The translations under genes were made by a program, and so were the position numbers. The notes under the pieces were generated by a model. That model ran no database searches, was not told the DNA's origin, and worked only from the letters and a program-made list of their open reading frames with translations. Source: a virus (Duplodnaviria > Heunggongvirae > Uroviricota > Caudoviricetes). Taken from it: DNA of 64,000 bases. Each line of letters starts with the position of its first letter. Position 1 is the stretch's first letter. Location: positions 17,954 to 81,953 of the IMG/VR virus record IMGVR_UViG_3300027896_000022; one strand, given 5' to 3'. This document shows positions 18,568 through 28,297 of the stretch, one piece after another.

Positions 18568-19415
18568 TTAAAAACCATGGCGCCTTTGTCGTCGCCAGAC
18601 AATTTTTTGAAAGTGAACTTTGGTTAATGAAGCCAGCAAGTTGGGGAAAGATATGGCTTTATATTTTTGGAAAAGTTCATCATGAGACAGATAAACACTT
18701 TGAAAGAGGCTCTGGATTCTTTAATTTTAGCCGAGAATTAAAACTTATTGGCCCTGATATTACCTATGATAATATTCGCCACGCATTGCATTTCTTCAAA
18801 ATGAGCACAATGATAAGCACAAAGAAAACCACAAGAGGAATTATTATAAAAGTGCTTAATTATAATAAGTTTCAAACACTTAGCAATTATAAAAGCACAA
18901 TAGAAAGCACAAGCTCAAGCACAAGAAAAGCACAACAGAAGCACAACAGAAGCACAACTATAGACAAGTATGGTAAGAATGATAAGAATGATAATAATAC
19001 CCCCCTACCCCCCAAGGGGGGTTCCGAATCGGAAGAGATTAATCTTAATGGTTCTAAAAATAATAAACTTAGGGGCGGAACACAAAATCTTGAAATTGTC
19101 AAGGGGGTAGAGGCGGAAGAGATCCAGGAAGTTTTGAATGTTTTTTACGAAGACGCAAAAGCAAACAATGTTGAGTTTAGGTTCGGCCACAGAGGATACC
19201 GGAAAGCGGTAGAGGAATTAATTCTTTCTCATGGCGTGGGGCAGGTGGTTGCCGTGGCCAAGATAGCAATCGGGCTTAGGGGGGTTGATCAATTTGCTCC
19301 AAGCATTACGAGCCCTTTTGATTTGAGAGATAAATGGATGAAGCTTGTGGCTTATGGCCAACGTCAAGCTATTGAACCTCCAAAGAAAATAGGATGGGTT
19401 ACATGCGAATATTGA
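18564..19415 (+). CDS. Hypothetical protein. From its position in the replication module it may be an initiator or loader.
   Basis: 283-aa ORF overlapping the upstream stop. It has a low-complexity Ser/Thr/Lys middle. Confidence 0.45.
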   Translation: MIKNHGAFVVARQFFESELWLMKPASWGKIWLYIFGKVHHETDKHFERGSGFFNFSRELKLIGPDITYDNIRHALHFFKMSTMISTKKTTRGIIIKVLNYNKFQTLSNYKSTIESTSSSTRKAQQKHNRSTTIDKYGKNDKNDNNTPLPPKGGSESEEINLNGSKNNKLRGGTQNLEIVKGVEAEEIQEVLNVFYEDAKANNVEFRFGHRGYRKAVEELILSHGVGQVVAVAKIAIGLRGVDQFAPSITSPFDLRDKWMKLVAYGQRQAIEPPKKIGWVTCEY

Positions 19416-19433
19416 TTTGTTAACTTAAAAAAC

Positions 19434-19862
19434 ATGAGAATTTTAGAATTAAACAATAAAAAGCATTATGAAATTACGGAAAAAGAGTTTCAACTTATCA
19501 GAAACTCTTCAGCTGGTGCGTCAGGGGTATTGATTGAATTGCCTCGGCTTCAGTTGGTGATTAATTCCTTTGCTATCACAAGCATTGAGCCAGTTCAGGG
19601 CCAGATAGGGGAACGAGTGCCTTATTTGATTGAAGGTAGAGATAGTCAGGGAAGGGATTCTTCGTGGAGAGGATTCTATGTTGGCGGACATTATATTTGC
19701 AAGTCGAATGACGGGGAAGAGCGTTATTTTGAAATAACAGCAACAGATCTTAAAGTAAATGGCTATACCGTTAATCAGGAAGATGAGATACTTGAAGAAA
19801 GATACAAGGAAAAAGTGAAAAGTCTTTTAAAAGAGAATAATGAAAAAAAACAATTAAAATAA
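19434..19862 (+). CDS. Hypothetical protein
   Basis: 142-aa ORF. Confidence 0.45.
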   Translation: MRILELNNKKHYEITEKEFQLIRNSSAGASGVLIELPRLQLVINSFAITSIEPVQGQIGERVPYLIEGRDSQGRDSSWRGFYVGGHYICKSNDGEERYFEITATDLKVNGYTVNQEDEILEERYKEKVKSLLKENNEKKQLK

Positions 19863-19863
19863 T

Positions 19864-21600
19864 ATGGACATTGACCTGGTTCTTCGGCAAGAAGAATTAA
19901 AATTAGCTGCCAAAGATTATATTTCCAAGGGTCTTAGCATAATTCCGGTTGGAAAAGATAAAAAACCACTAATCCTGTGGAAGGAATTTTGCGCTAGGAT
20001 CGCGAATCCTGAAGAAGTTGATGAATGGTTCAAAAAATACCCTTTCGCGCAGCTAGGCATGGTTACGGGGCAAATTTCGGGCATTACGGTGGTGGATGTG
20101 GAAGCTGAAGGCGGCGAAAAAGAATGGTTAAAACTTCCGCAGGAATGTCCGATTGTAAAAACAGGCTCTGGGGGCCGTCATTATTGGTATCTTTACGACA
20201 AGACTGCCAAGACTGGGGCAAGACTTGAAGGTGAATTGGAATTTTGCGATTGTCGCAACGATGGCGGTTATGTGATTTTACCGCCCAGCGTCTCTGAAAA
20301 AGGAAGCTATGAATGGATACAAAAAGTTCCGCCTTGCCGCTTTCCAAAAGAATTGTTTAAAGCGAGAGAGAGCCAGGGGGGCTATGTTGCCTCGCAAGTT
20401 CAGAATAAAGGTTTTGCCATGAAGTTGATGGCTGATTTATATCTTGGGGCTGATGTTGGAAACAGAAATGACGCCATGGTTAAATATATCGGATATATTT
20501 TGACGCAGATTCATCCGGCAGATTGGGAAGAAAAAGCATGGCCGCTAGCGATTGAAGCCAATAATAAAAACACTCCGCCATTGGCAATGCATGAGCTACG
20601 CCGTTCTTATGATTCTATTCGTCAGGCGGAAAAAACAAAAAATCCAGATAGGTTTTCTTCTGGCATTCCAGAGAAATGGGAAACAGGGGAAGAAAACGAT
20701 GAGGTAAAATTGTTATCTGAAGTAGCGGAAGCGCAGACAATGGATTTGTCTCATCCTTTTCCTAGTGGAATAGAAATTTTTGATAAAGAAATTCGAGGGG
20801 GTTTTTTCCCAGGCGACTTAATTGTCATTGCCGCCGGTTCTGGCCATGGCAAAACTTCTTTTAGCCAGTATCTTTCTTATAATTTTTTAAAATATAATAA
20901 ACAAAAGGTTTTGTTTTTTTCATACGAGGTTTTATCTTTCTTTGTCTGGGATAAGTTTAAGCGAATGGGGCTGCAGAAGGAAGATCTGATTTATATGCCA
21001 TTTAGGCATGTCACCGGAAATATTGAGTGGATAGAGAAAAAAATCAAAGAGGCAAAAGAAAAGTATGGTGTAAATTTTGTCGTAATTGATCATTTGGGAT
21101 TTTTAGAGCCATCTAAAAAGATGGCTGGGCAGAAGAATTTTTATGAAATAGAAAGATTCCTTGTTCGCCAGGTCAAAAAAATAGCCGTTAGGGAAGAGAT
21201 AATGATTGTTATGCCAGTTCATGTCAGAAAGAAGCCCAGCGGCGATAGGCGGCCAAATTCTGACCTTGAGATGGAAGATATTGCGGGGTCTGCGGGCATT
21301 TATCAGGAATCAGACATTGTTTTCCTGCTTCAACGTGAAGAGGCGACAAAGAATAACTCAGATGATCTTTATACCAATTATACTAGAATTTCTTTAGGCA
21401 AAAACAGAAGAGGAAGCAAGAATCCCAGGGGATGGTTTACTTTGCTGAATGATGTTTTTGTCCATGATCCATATAAAGGCAATCTAATTTCTTCTAAACC
21501 TCCTTCGTCATTTTATACGGAAAAAGGGTTAGAAGAAGAATTGGAACGAGAGCATAAACAGCAAGAAGCTCAGGCCGCCATGTTTGGCGATAAAGATTAA
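19864..21600 (+). CDS. Primase-polymerase N-terminal domain fused to an SF4/DnaB-RepA-like helicase
   Basis: The N-terminal SIIPVGKDKKPLILWKEF resembles the bifunctional prim-pol domain. The C-terminal half has P-loop AAGSGHGKTS and Walker B-like VVIDHLGF. Confidence 0.6.
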   Translation: MDIDLVLRQEELKLAAKDYISKGLSIIPVGKDKKPLILWKEFCARIANPEEVDEWFKKYPFAQLGMVTGQISGITVVDVEAEGGEKEWLKLPQECPIVKTGSGGRHYWYLYDKTAKTGARLEGELEFCDCRNDGGYVILPPSVSEKGSYEWIQKVPPCRFPKELFKARESQGGYVASQVQNKGFAMKLMADLYLGADVGNRNDAMVKYIGYILTQIHPADWEEKAWPLAIEANNKNTPPLAMHELRRSYDSIRQAEKTKNPDRFSSGIPEKWETGEENDEVKLLSEVAEAQTMDLSHPFPSGIEIFDKEIRGGFFPGDLIVIAAGSGHGKTSFSQYLSYNFLKYNKQKVLFFSYEVLSFFVWDKFKRMGLQKEDLIYMPFRHVTGNIEWIEKKIKEAKEKYGVNFVVIDHLGFLEPSKKMAGQKNFYEIERFLVRQVKKIAVREEIMIVMPVHVRKKPSGDRRPNSDLEMEDIAGSAGIYQESDIVFLLQREEATKNNSDDLYTNYTRISLGKNRRGSKNPRGWFTLLNDVFVHDPYKGNLISSKPPSSFYTEKGLEEELEREHKQQEAQAAMFGDKD

Positions 21601-21847
21601 ATTTATGGATACAAAAATGTTGGAAAATATTTTGGAAGAGCAAGGCTTGACTCAAGAGCAGATGGTTGAGATTATGGCTGAGATTGCCGAGATTGATATG
21701 GGGGTCATAGATCCGACAATGCCACAGAGGGAATTAATTGGTTTTGAGCAACGCGAAATTGACTTAAGGCAAGCTATGGATAAAGAGACTGATTGGCGGA
21801 AAAAAGCGGCAATAGCGGCCAGGATACTTTCTATTCATTTGGAATAG
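21584..21847 (+). CDS. Small acidic hypothetical protein
   Basis: 87-aa ORF. Confidence 0.35.
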   Translation: MAIKIKFMDTKMLENILEEQGLTQEQMVEIMAEIAEIDMGVIDPTMPQRELIGFEQREIDLRQAMDKETDWRKKAAIAARILSIHLE

Positions 21848-21851
21848 GCTC

Positions 21852-21880
21852 TTGACAAATATTTTATGCGGGTGTATAAT
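21852..21880 (+). promoter_or_regulatory. Sigma70-type promoter. It is near-identical to the 30-mer on the other strand at 12255 and 17706.
   Basis: Sequence is cTTGACAaatattttatgcgggtgTATAATt. Confidence 0.6.
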
Positions 21881-21902
21881 TTAAAAAGATAAAGATAAAA
21901 AA

Positions 21903-22058
21903 ATGCCAGCAGGGAAAAGCACAATTTTTAAGAAATCAGTTGCCGTCAGCCTTGAAGATTTGGATTTTCTTAAAAGCATTAAGGGCGATAAGTCAGTGGC
22001 AGAAAAAAATCGGGAAATAATTAATTATTATAAATTAAATTATAAGCATGTTAACTGA
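21903..22058 (+). CDS. Small ORF of 51 aa with an RHH/CopG-like N-terminus. It is not in the ORF track.
   Basis: Translates as MPAGKSTIFKKSVAVSLEDLDFLKSI... It lies between the promoter and recA and overlaps the recA start. Confidence 0.3.
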   Translation: MPAGKSTIFKKSVAVSLEDLDFLKSIKGDKSVAEKNREIINYYKLNYKHVN

Positions 22059-23091
22059 AAAGGAAAAAGCTAAATCGATTGAAGACGCCTTGGCTGTTTT
22101 GCATAAGAAATACGGCAAAGAATCAGTGGTTGAATTAGATAAAAGCATGGACATTGAGGTTGAAGTTATTCCGACAGGCTGCTTTGCCTTGGATGAAGCT
22201 TTTGGTTGCGGCGGATTGCCGCGGGGAAGGATAATTGAATTGTTTGGTCAAGAAAGTTCTGGAAAGAGTACTATGGCAACTTTTTTAATGGCACAGATAC
22301 AGAAGCAAGGGGGCAAGGTTGCCCTTATAGACGCTGAATTTGCGTTTGATGCCAATTATGCGAGGAATATCGGTCTGGACACTACAAAGTTGATTCTGGC
22401 GCAACCTGGAAGCTTAGAAGAGGCAATGGATATTCTTAATGGTTTGGTTAAAAGCAATGGTTTGGATATAGTCGTGATTGACTCGGTCGCCGCCCTTGTT
22501 CCTAAATCAGAAATTGAAGGTGAGGAAATGTTAAAAGATTCAATGGCTGTTCAAGCTCGGCTGATGGGAAAAGCTTTAAGGATTTTAACGGGGGCGATTG
22601 CTCGAAGCAGAACTGTGGTTATATTCATTAATCAAATTCGTGAAAAGGTAGGCGTTTTTTTCGGCAATAAGGAAACGACGCCAGGAGGCAAGGCTTTAAA
22701 GTTTTTCAGTTCTGTCCGCATTGACGTCAAGAAAGGGGAAAGGATTGAAGGCAAAGACAAGGAATTGATCGGGCATGTTCTTAAGGTAACGATGGTTAAG
22801 AATAAGGTTGGTTATCCTTGGAAGCAGGCTACTTTTGAATTATACTTTGGTTCTGGGATAGACATGCAAGGCGATGCTCTTGATTTTGGTGAAAAAATAA
22901 AAATTATTACTAAAACTGGTAATTCATATTCTCTTAATGGTGGTTTATTGGGGGGAAGCAGAGATAAGGCAAAACTTTTTCTTAAGGTTAATCCGGATGT
23001 TTTTAATAAACTGGTTGCAGAAATAAAAAAAACTATTAAAATTAAGGGAAAACAATCTCCTGTTGAGGAGGTAAGAAACCCTGAAAAATAA
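22048..23091 (+). CDS. recA: RecA-family recombinase
   Basis: Contains GRIIELFGQESSGKST (RecA P-loop region), VVIDSVAAL, and the L2-like region. Confidence 0.85.
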   Translation: MLTEKEKAKSIEDALAVLHKKYGKESVVELDKSMDIEVEVIPTGCFALDEAFGCGGLPRGRIIELFGQESSGKSTMATFLMAQIQKQGGKVALIDAEFAFDANYARNIGLDTTKLILAQPGSLEEAMDILNGLVKSNGLDIVVIDSVAALVPKSEIEGEEMLKDSMAVQARLMGKALRILTGAIARSRTVVIFINQIREKVGVFFGNKETTPGGKALKFFSSVRIDVKKGERIEGKDKELIGHVLKVTMVKNKVGYPWKQATFELYFGSGIDMQGDALDFGEKIKIITKTGNSYSLNGGLLGGSRDKAKLFLKVNPDVFNKLVAEIKKTIKIKGKQSPVEEVRNPEK

Positions 23092-23111
23092 TTAATTTTA
23101 AATTAAATTTT

Positions 23112-23609
23112 ATGTCTGAGAACAAAGACAAGAAGACAATTTTGGATCAAGTTAAGGATTGGGAAAAAATAAAAAAGCAAAGATTGCTTCTTAAAAATAT
23201 TCAGAAACTTAAAGAACTTTGTGCTGATGTTGTTGAGGCGAAAGAAGAAGTCAATATTATTTTGGAAAAATTGGCAATCAGTAAAGAGGACAGCAAAGCT
23301 TTAATTGATTTTCTCAATGAAAATGAGGATGTAAAGATGAATAAGGAAAAGAGGAAAAAAATTGAAGAGGATGTAGAAAAAGAATTAAAGCAAGAGAAAA
23401 ATAAAGTCATAGAAGAATTGGAAGAATCATTAAGAAAGAATCCCTACGGTTTTGCTACCACTTCTTATAATTCTGGGATAATACAGGCTTATAATTGCCA
23501 TACTACCAGTGCCCCAAATTACTTGGGTAATATATGCATGAGTTCTAATACAAGTGGCAATGCCGTTAATCTTTCAGACGGAAAAACTGATCTTGTTTTA
23601 AAAATTTAA
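23112..23609 (+). CDS. Hypothetical coiled-coil protein
   Basis: 165-aa ORF. Confidence 0.45.
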   Translation: MSENKDKKTILDQVKDWEKIKKQRLLLKNIQKLKELCADVVEAKEEVNIILEKLAISKEDSKALIDFLNENEDVKMNKEKRKKIEEDVEKELKQEKNKVIEELEESLRKNPYGFATTSYNSGIIQAYNCHTTSAPNYLGNICMSSNTSGNAVNLSDGKTDLVLKI

Positions 23610-23611
23610 AT

Positions 23612-23660
23612 CTCATCCCCGAATGGCTCAGGCAGGTTCGATTCCTGCCCGGGGATCAAA
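23612..23660 (+). other. tRNA-3'-half-like hairpin (T-arm-like ggcaggttcgattcctgcc flanked by tccccg and cgggga). It is not a complete tRNA.
   Basis: It has a GGTTCGATTCC T-loop consensus and nested stems. No D-arm or anticodon arm is found upstream. Confidence 0.3.
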
Positions 23661-23680
23661 TTAATTATTAATAAAAAAAT

Positions 23681-24022
23681 ATGGTAGAAAAAAAACAAGA
23701 AGAAGAACGATGCTTAAAAATTGTCGATCAGGAAGGAAGAGAAACTTTTAAGATCGGCGAGAAAGGCGAAGTTTTTTGGTTTAATGCTGAAGTGGGTGAT
23801 ATGGTTCAAGCTAAGACTGATTTGGATTTGGGCAAAGCGATGGCCTTGGTTATCGTTCAGTTATCAGGAATGGATTATGTTCGCCTTTTGGAAATTTATG
23901 TCGGTGAATCAACTTCGGCTTTCAGGCATCTTTTGATTAAGAAAATTATGGAAACAGCTGTTAAATCCAAGACGATTAAAAAGGCTGATTTAGTCAAGAT
24001 AATTAATGATTTTAAGATATAA
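23681..24022 (+). CDS. Hypothetical protein
   Basis: 113-aa ORF. Confidence 0.4.
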   Translation: MVEKKQEEERCLKIVDQEGRETFKIGEKGEVFWFNAEVGDMVQAKTDLDLGKAMALVIVQLSGMDYVRLLEIYVGESTSAFRHLLIKKIMETAVKSKTIKKADLVKIINDFKI

Positions 24023-24239
24023 CATTATGCAAGACATTGAAGAAATGGCAAGGATTCCAATTGTATGGATTGCTTCTAAATTAGATGGAAAAACTTGCCA
24101 TACCTTTGTCAAGCCGGAAGATAAAGCTGATAGGATTTTAGAGTTGGTAATGGCTGGGCATGAAGATATTTATGAGCCTTATAATGAAGCAGCTTTAAAA
24201 TATTTAGGAACTTTTATTAACGGCCAGTCGCCTTTTTAA
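24006..24239 (+). CDS. Hypothetical protein
   Basis: 77-aa ORF. Confidence 0.35.
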   Translation: MILRYNIMQDIEEMARIPIVWIASKLDGKTCHTFVKPEDKADRILELVMAGHEDIYEPYNEAALKYLGTFINGQSPF

Positions 24240-24242
24240 TTT

Positions 24243-24767
24243 ATGATTGATGAAAATTTTTTAAAGAAGATGTTTAATCTTCCGCAAGAAACCCATCCGG
24301 AAAAACTTTGGGTTTTGAAATATGTTCCTGCTGAAGCAAAAATTATTTACGACCTTGGTTGCGGATCAAAAAAGACTGTTGAAAATGCTATTGGGGTTGA
24401 TATTAAGCCAGGGTCGGACAAAGTGGCTAGTATGGATTTTTTGCCTTTTATTGAAAATCAGACGGTTGACATTGTTGTTTTTCGGCATTCTTTGGAACAC
24501 ATGCTTGATCCGGTGAAGACCCTGAAAGAATGGTGGCGAATTTTAAAGAATGATGGGAAGATAATTATTATTTTGCCTGATTCTACCGTTTTGAATACGA
24601 TGAATATAGCGATTAGCAGAGGACAGCATTTGCATGCTTATACGCCAGATAGTTTTAAATCTTTAATTTCTTTATTTCCAGAATTCTATTTGGAAAAAAT
24701 AGAAGTAGTGATAGACGAATGGAGTTTTGAAGCAGTCTTACAAAAAAAATATGACAAAAAAAACTGA
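24243..24767 (+). CDS. Class I SAM-dependent methyltransferase
   Basis: Motif I DLGCGSKK and motif post-II VVFRHSLEHMLDP. Confidence 0.6.
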   Translation: MIDENFLKKMFNLPQETHPEKLWVLKYVPAEAKIIYDLGCGSKKTVENAIGVDIKPGSDKVASMDFLPFIENQTVDIVVFRHSLEHMLDPVKTLKEWWRILKNDGKIIIILPDSTVLNTMNIAISRGQHLHAYTPDSFKSLISLFPEFYLEKIEVVIDEWSFEAVLQKKYDKKN

Positions 24768-27693
24768 ATTATGTAATTTGGCGTTTAAATATCATTCTGA
24801 CAAATGCCCGGCCTTGCTGCATGGCTACACCCCTTTTTATCACGAATTATTGAAAGACAAGAGGAATGATGTCAAGAAAGTGCTGGAAATAGGAATTGGC
24901 TGCCCTGAGACAATGGAAATTATTAAGGGATATAAAACCGGTGCCAGTTTGTTTATGTGGCGGGATTATTTTCCTAATGCCGAAATATTCGGGGTTGATA
25001 TTTTGGATTCAGCTTTAGTGAATGGGAACAGAATCAAATCTTTTAAGTGCGATCAAAGCAACAATACGGATCTTATTTCCTTGAAAGAAAAGATTGGCAA
25101 TGATTTTGATTTAATCGTTGATGATGGTTCTCACAAAGCTGAAGATCAGGTTTTTTCATTAATTTTTTTATTTCCTTGTGTCAAGGAAGGCGGAATCTAC
25201 GTGATTGAAGATATTAAAGACCTTGATAAATTAGTCGAATTTTTAAAGATAAATAATTATAATTATGAAGTGAAATTGCCGCCTAATCCGGTTAGTATTT
25301 ATGACAGAATGATAATAATAAAAAAAGAAGAAAAAAAGAAAATCACTTTGGCAATGACTTCCTGGCCTAAGAGCAAGGAAAGGATTGAGTATATTCGCCG
25401 GACAATTGAATCATTGGAAAAAAATCTTATTGTTCCAGGATTTGAAATAAAAAAAATATTGTCTTGCGAATCAGATCAGGTGTCTGAGGAAAACATAAAG
25501 AAAGTTGAATCTTTAGGATGGCCGGTTGTTTGGCGCCATGCCGCCCCCAGTCTGGGGATGCATTTTAATGATTTGTTTGGCTCATTGACGGGGATAGTAA
25601 TGCTGGTGGAAGACGATTGCTATTTGAGCATGCCGTTGAATATCACGCCGGGGATTGAACTTATTGAAAGCGGGCAGGAAGAAGTGGTTCGTTATTGGAC
25701 TTGCAATAATAATTTGCTGGTGAAAGAAGGCGTGCATTTTACTTACAAGGGGGATACTTTTGTCCATTTGGGCGAGTGCTTGCCAAATCAGTTTGTTGAT
25801 CGCCAGCTGTATTCTGACCGCCCTTTTTTGACTGACGTGAAGTTATGGAAAAGAATAGGCCAGTATAAGTCTTTTTCCCAGCATGAATTTGATATGGATT
25901 GGCGGTTTAAGGAATTTAAAGTTCAAGTTGCCGTCAGGCTTCCTTCCGTGTTTTGGCACATTGGAATAGATACTTTGTATAAAGGAAAAATATGGCCTGA
26001 TACTTATGATGTTTCAAAAAATACTATCGAAGGGATGATGTTGGATAATGAATTGCTCTGGCTTTTTAATACTGCGTTAGGGATGAATAGTTTCCTGGAA
26101 ATTGGTTCATGGATGGGGCGAAGCACTCACGCGATATTATCCGGTTGCCGGGGGAAAGTTCATTCGGTAGATCATTTTTTGGGTTCGGCTGATCCGATTG
26201 AAACTGGCAACAGAGATGTTTTTCCGCAATTTTTTAAGAATGTTGGTGCTTTTAATAATTTGATTATTCATAAAAAGTCAAGCCTGGAAGCGGCAAAAGA
26301 GTTTGAGGATGGTTCGCTTGATTGCGTGTTTATTGACGGCGGGCATCAATATCATGAAGTTGTTGAAGATATTAGGGCGTGGAAGCCGAAGGCCAGGAAG
26401 ATCCTTTGCGGCCATGATTATCAATCCGGCCCGGTCAGAAAATCGGTGGCTGACGAGCTTGGTGAAGTAAAGGTCTATGAAAGAATTTGGTGGGTGGAAC
26501 TGGAAAAGGAACCTGATGAAGAATTGCTGCCTGGTGTTTCTATTGTTATTCCGAATTTGGGCCGTCCAGAGAAATTAAAGGCTTGTCTTGAAGCCATTAA
26601 AAAAAATGCCGGTTATCCTGTGGACAAACATGAAGTGATAGTTCAGGATGATGATTTTAAAGATAGGCAAGGGGCCCCGAAAACCTTGATGGCTGGGGTT
26701 GCCAAGGCCAAGCATGATTTGATTATGTTTTTGGGGAACGACACTATTCCGAAAAAGTTTTTCTTATTGGAAGCGGTGAAGAAAATGTTGGAAGTCTTTC
26801 CTGACCAAGATGGTTTGGTCGGGTTGAATGATGAATTTTGGAATGGCGACCTGTCGGCTCATTGGCTGGTAAGCAAGAAGATTTTGAATAAATATTTTTG
26901 CACTGATTATCACCATATTTGCTGCGACAATGAATTGGTGGAAAGATGCAAATTGATGGGAAAATATACTTGGGCGGAAAGGGCGAAAATATATCATGAT
27001 CATCCTGAGGCTACGGGGAAGTCAGATGAAGTATACGCTTTGGGTTATGAAAAGAAAAAATGGGATGAAGATTTTGCCTTATGGAAGCAAAGAAGCGAAA
27101 AGCTTGGCTTTCCGATGAGGCATTATAGCAAGAAAGAAGTTATTCTTGGCGGCTTTACCCGTTATGACGTTAATTTAAAGCCTCGGATTATGAGCTTGGA
27201 TTGGTGCAAGAATATTGAAGATTATAAAGTTTTAAATGTAGGCGTTGGTGATGGTTCGGGTGGCCTTGCCAAGCAGCTTCCTATTTTAAAGTTTAAGCAG
27301 CTTAATCATTTGGATGTTGAAGAAAGTTATTTTTCTGCGGCTAAAAAATTAAAATGGGCGACAGAGAAAGTGAACTTTATTGCCGGAGATATCAGGGACT
27401 TTGACTTTAGCGATTATGATTTGGTTTTTTTGTTTGATATCTTAGAGCATTTGCCCAAGGAAGATAGTTTGAAGATTATTGAAAAATTGAAGAGAGCGAT
27501 CATTTTTATTCCGTTGGAAAAACATTTTAGGAAGAATCTTTGGGGCGTAAAAGCCCAGGATCATTTGTCTCTTTGGACTGAAGAAGATTTTAAGTCCAGG
27601 GGATTTAAGACTGAGATACTGCCTAATTTTCATCAGAATGAATTGAATGAGAAATTTCATGCCCTTTGGGCGACAAAATATGCCAAGCAATAA
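24727..27693 (+). CDS. 988-aa multidomain enzyme. It contains an O-methyltransferase-like domain (TylF/CmcI family), a second MTase of the same family, a GT2-like glycosyltransferase segment, and a C-terminal class I MTase.
   Basis: Key segments are VLEIGIGCPETM...DDGSHK; LEIGSWMGRSTHAILSGC...FIDGGHQYHEV...CGHDY; VSIVIPNLGRPEKLKACLEAI...VIVQDDD; and LNVGVGDGSG...LVFLFDILEHL. Confidence 0.55.
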   Translation: MKQSYKKNMTKKTELCNLAFKYHSDKCPALLHGYTPFYHELLKDKRNDVKKVLEIGIGCPETMEIIKGYKTGASLFMWRDYFPNAEIFGVDILDSALVNGNRIKSFKCDQSNNTDLISLKEKIGNDFDLIVDDGSHKAEDQVFSLIFLFPCVKEGGIYVIEDIKDLDKLVEFLKINNYNYEVKLPPNPVSIYDRMIIIKKEEKKKITLAMTSWPKSKERIEYIRRTIESLEKNLIVPGFEIKKILSCESDQVSEENIKKVESLGWPVVWRHAAPSLGMHFNDLFGSLTGIVMLVEDDCYLSMPLNITPGIELIESGQEEVVRYWTCNNNLLVKEGVHFTYKGDTFVHLGECLPNQFVDRQLYSDRPFLTDVKLWKRIGQYKSFSQHEFDMDWRFKEFKVQVAVRLPSVFWHIGIDTLYKGKIWPDTYDVSKNTIEGMMLDNELLWLFNTALGMNSFLEIGSWMGRSTHAILSGCRGKVHSVDHFLGSADPIETGNRDVFPQFFKNVGAFNNLIIHKKSSLEAAKEFEDGSLDCVFIDGGHQYHEVVEDIRAWKPKARKILCGHDYQSGPVRKSVADELGEVKVYERIWWVELEKEPDEELLPGVSIVIPNLGRPEKLKACLEAIKKNAGYPVDKHEVIVQDDDFKDRQGAPKTLMAGVAKAKHDLIMFLGNDTIPKKFFLLEAVKKMLEVFPDQDGLVGLNDEFWNGDLSAHWLVSKKILNKYFCTDYHHICCDNELVERCKLMGKYTWAERAKIYHDHPEATGKSDEVYALGYEKKKWDEDFALWKQRSEKLGFPMRHYSKKEVILGGFTRYDVNLKPRIMSLDWCKNIEDYKVLNVGVGDGSGGLAKQLPILKFKQLNHLDVEESYFSAAKKLKWATEKVNFIAGDIRDFDFSDYDLVFLFDILEHLPKEDSLKIIEKLKRAIIFIPLEKHFRKNLWGVKAQDHLSLWTEEDFKSRGFKTEILPNFHQNELNEKFHALWATKYAKQ

Positions 27694-28297
27694 AGAAATA
27701 TTTACCGCTTATTATTTGGAAAATCTTTGGGGTGATCCAATGTCTGTTTCTGGCCCGAGTTCGACTGTTGAGCATACGAGAGAGACTAGAAATATTATTA
27801 GTGTTTTAATTTGTTCATTAAAGATTAAGAAAATATTGGATGCGCCTTGCGGGGATTATAATTGGTTTAGGTTTGTGCATAAAAATAGTTCTGTTTCTTA
27901 TCTTGGGGCGGATATAGTTGAGCCGCTGATTGAAAAAAATAATATTTGGTATGGTGATTATAATACCAAATTTATCAAGCTGGATATTCTTGAAGACGTT
28001 TTGCCAAAGGCAGATTTGCTGATTTGCCGCGAATGTTTGCAGCATTTGCCGATGAAAGATTGTTTTAAGTTCTTTGAGAATTTTAAGAAAAGCGAGATAA
28101 AATATCTTTTAATAACTTCTTGGGACAGTGAAAAGAATGAAGATACGGTTGTAGGGGGGTTTAGAAGATTGGATTTATTAAAAAAACCTTTTGACTTTGA
28201 AGCACCGCTGGGGTCTTTTAAAGAATGGTCATGGCCGGGTCAGTCTGAGAAACGGCTGATTCTTTGGGAAAGAAAAAAAATGTTTAAAAAAATATGA
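27647..28297 (+). CDS. Class I SAM-dependent methyltransferase
   Basis: Contains LDAPCGDYNW...LLICRECLQHLP. It overlaps the upstream gene, which suggests coupling. Confidence 0.5.
   Translation: MRNFMPFGRQNMPSNKEIFTAYYLENLWGDPMSVSGPSSTVEHTRETRNIISVLICSLKIKKILDAPCGDYNWFRFVHKNSSVSYLGADIVEPLIEKNNIWYGDYNTKFIKLDILEDVLPKADLLICRECLQHLPMKDCFKFFENFKKSEIKYLLITSWDSEKNEDTVVGGFRRLDLLKKPFDFEAPLGSFKEWSWPGQSEKRLILWERKKMFKKI

Noticed and set aside
23612-23660. Possible complete tRNA gene
   Set aside because: Only the T-arm and acceptor-like stems are present. No D-arm or anticodon arm could be found in the upstream 80 nt. It is kept only as a tRNA-like fragment or hairpin.
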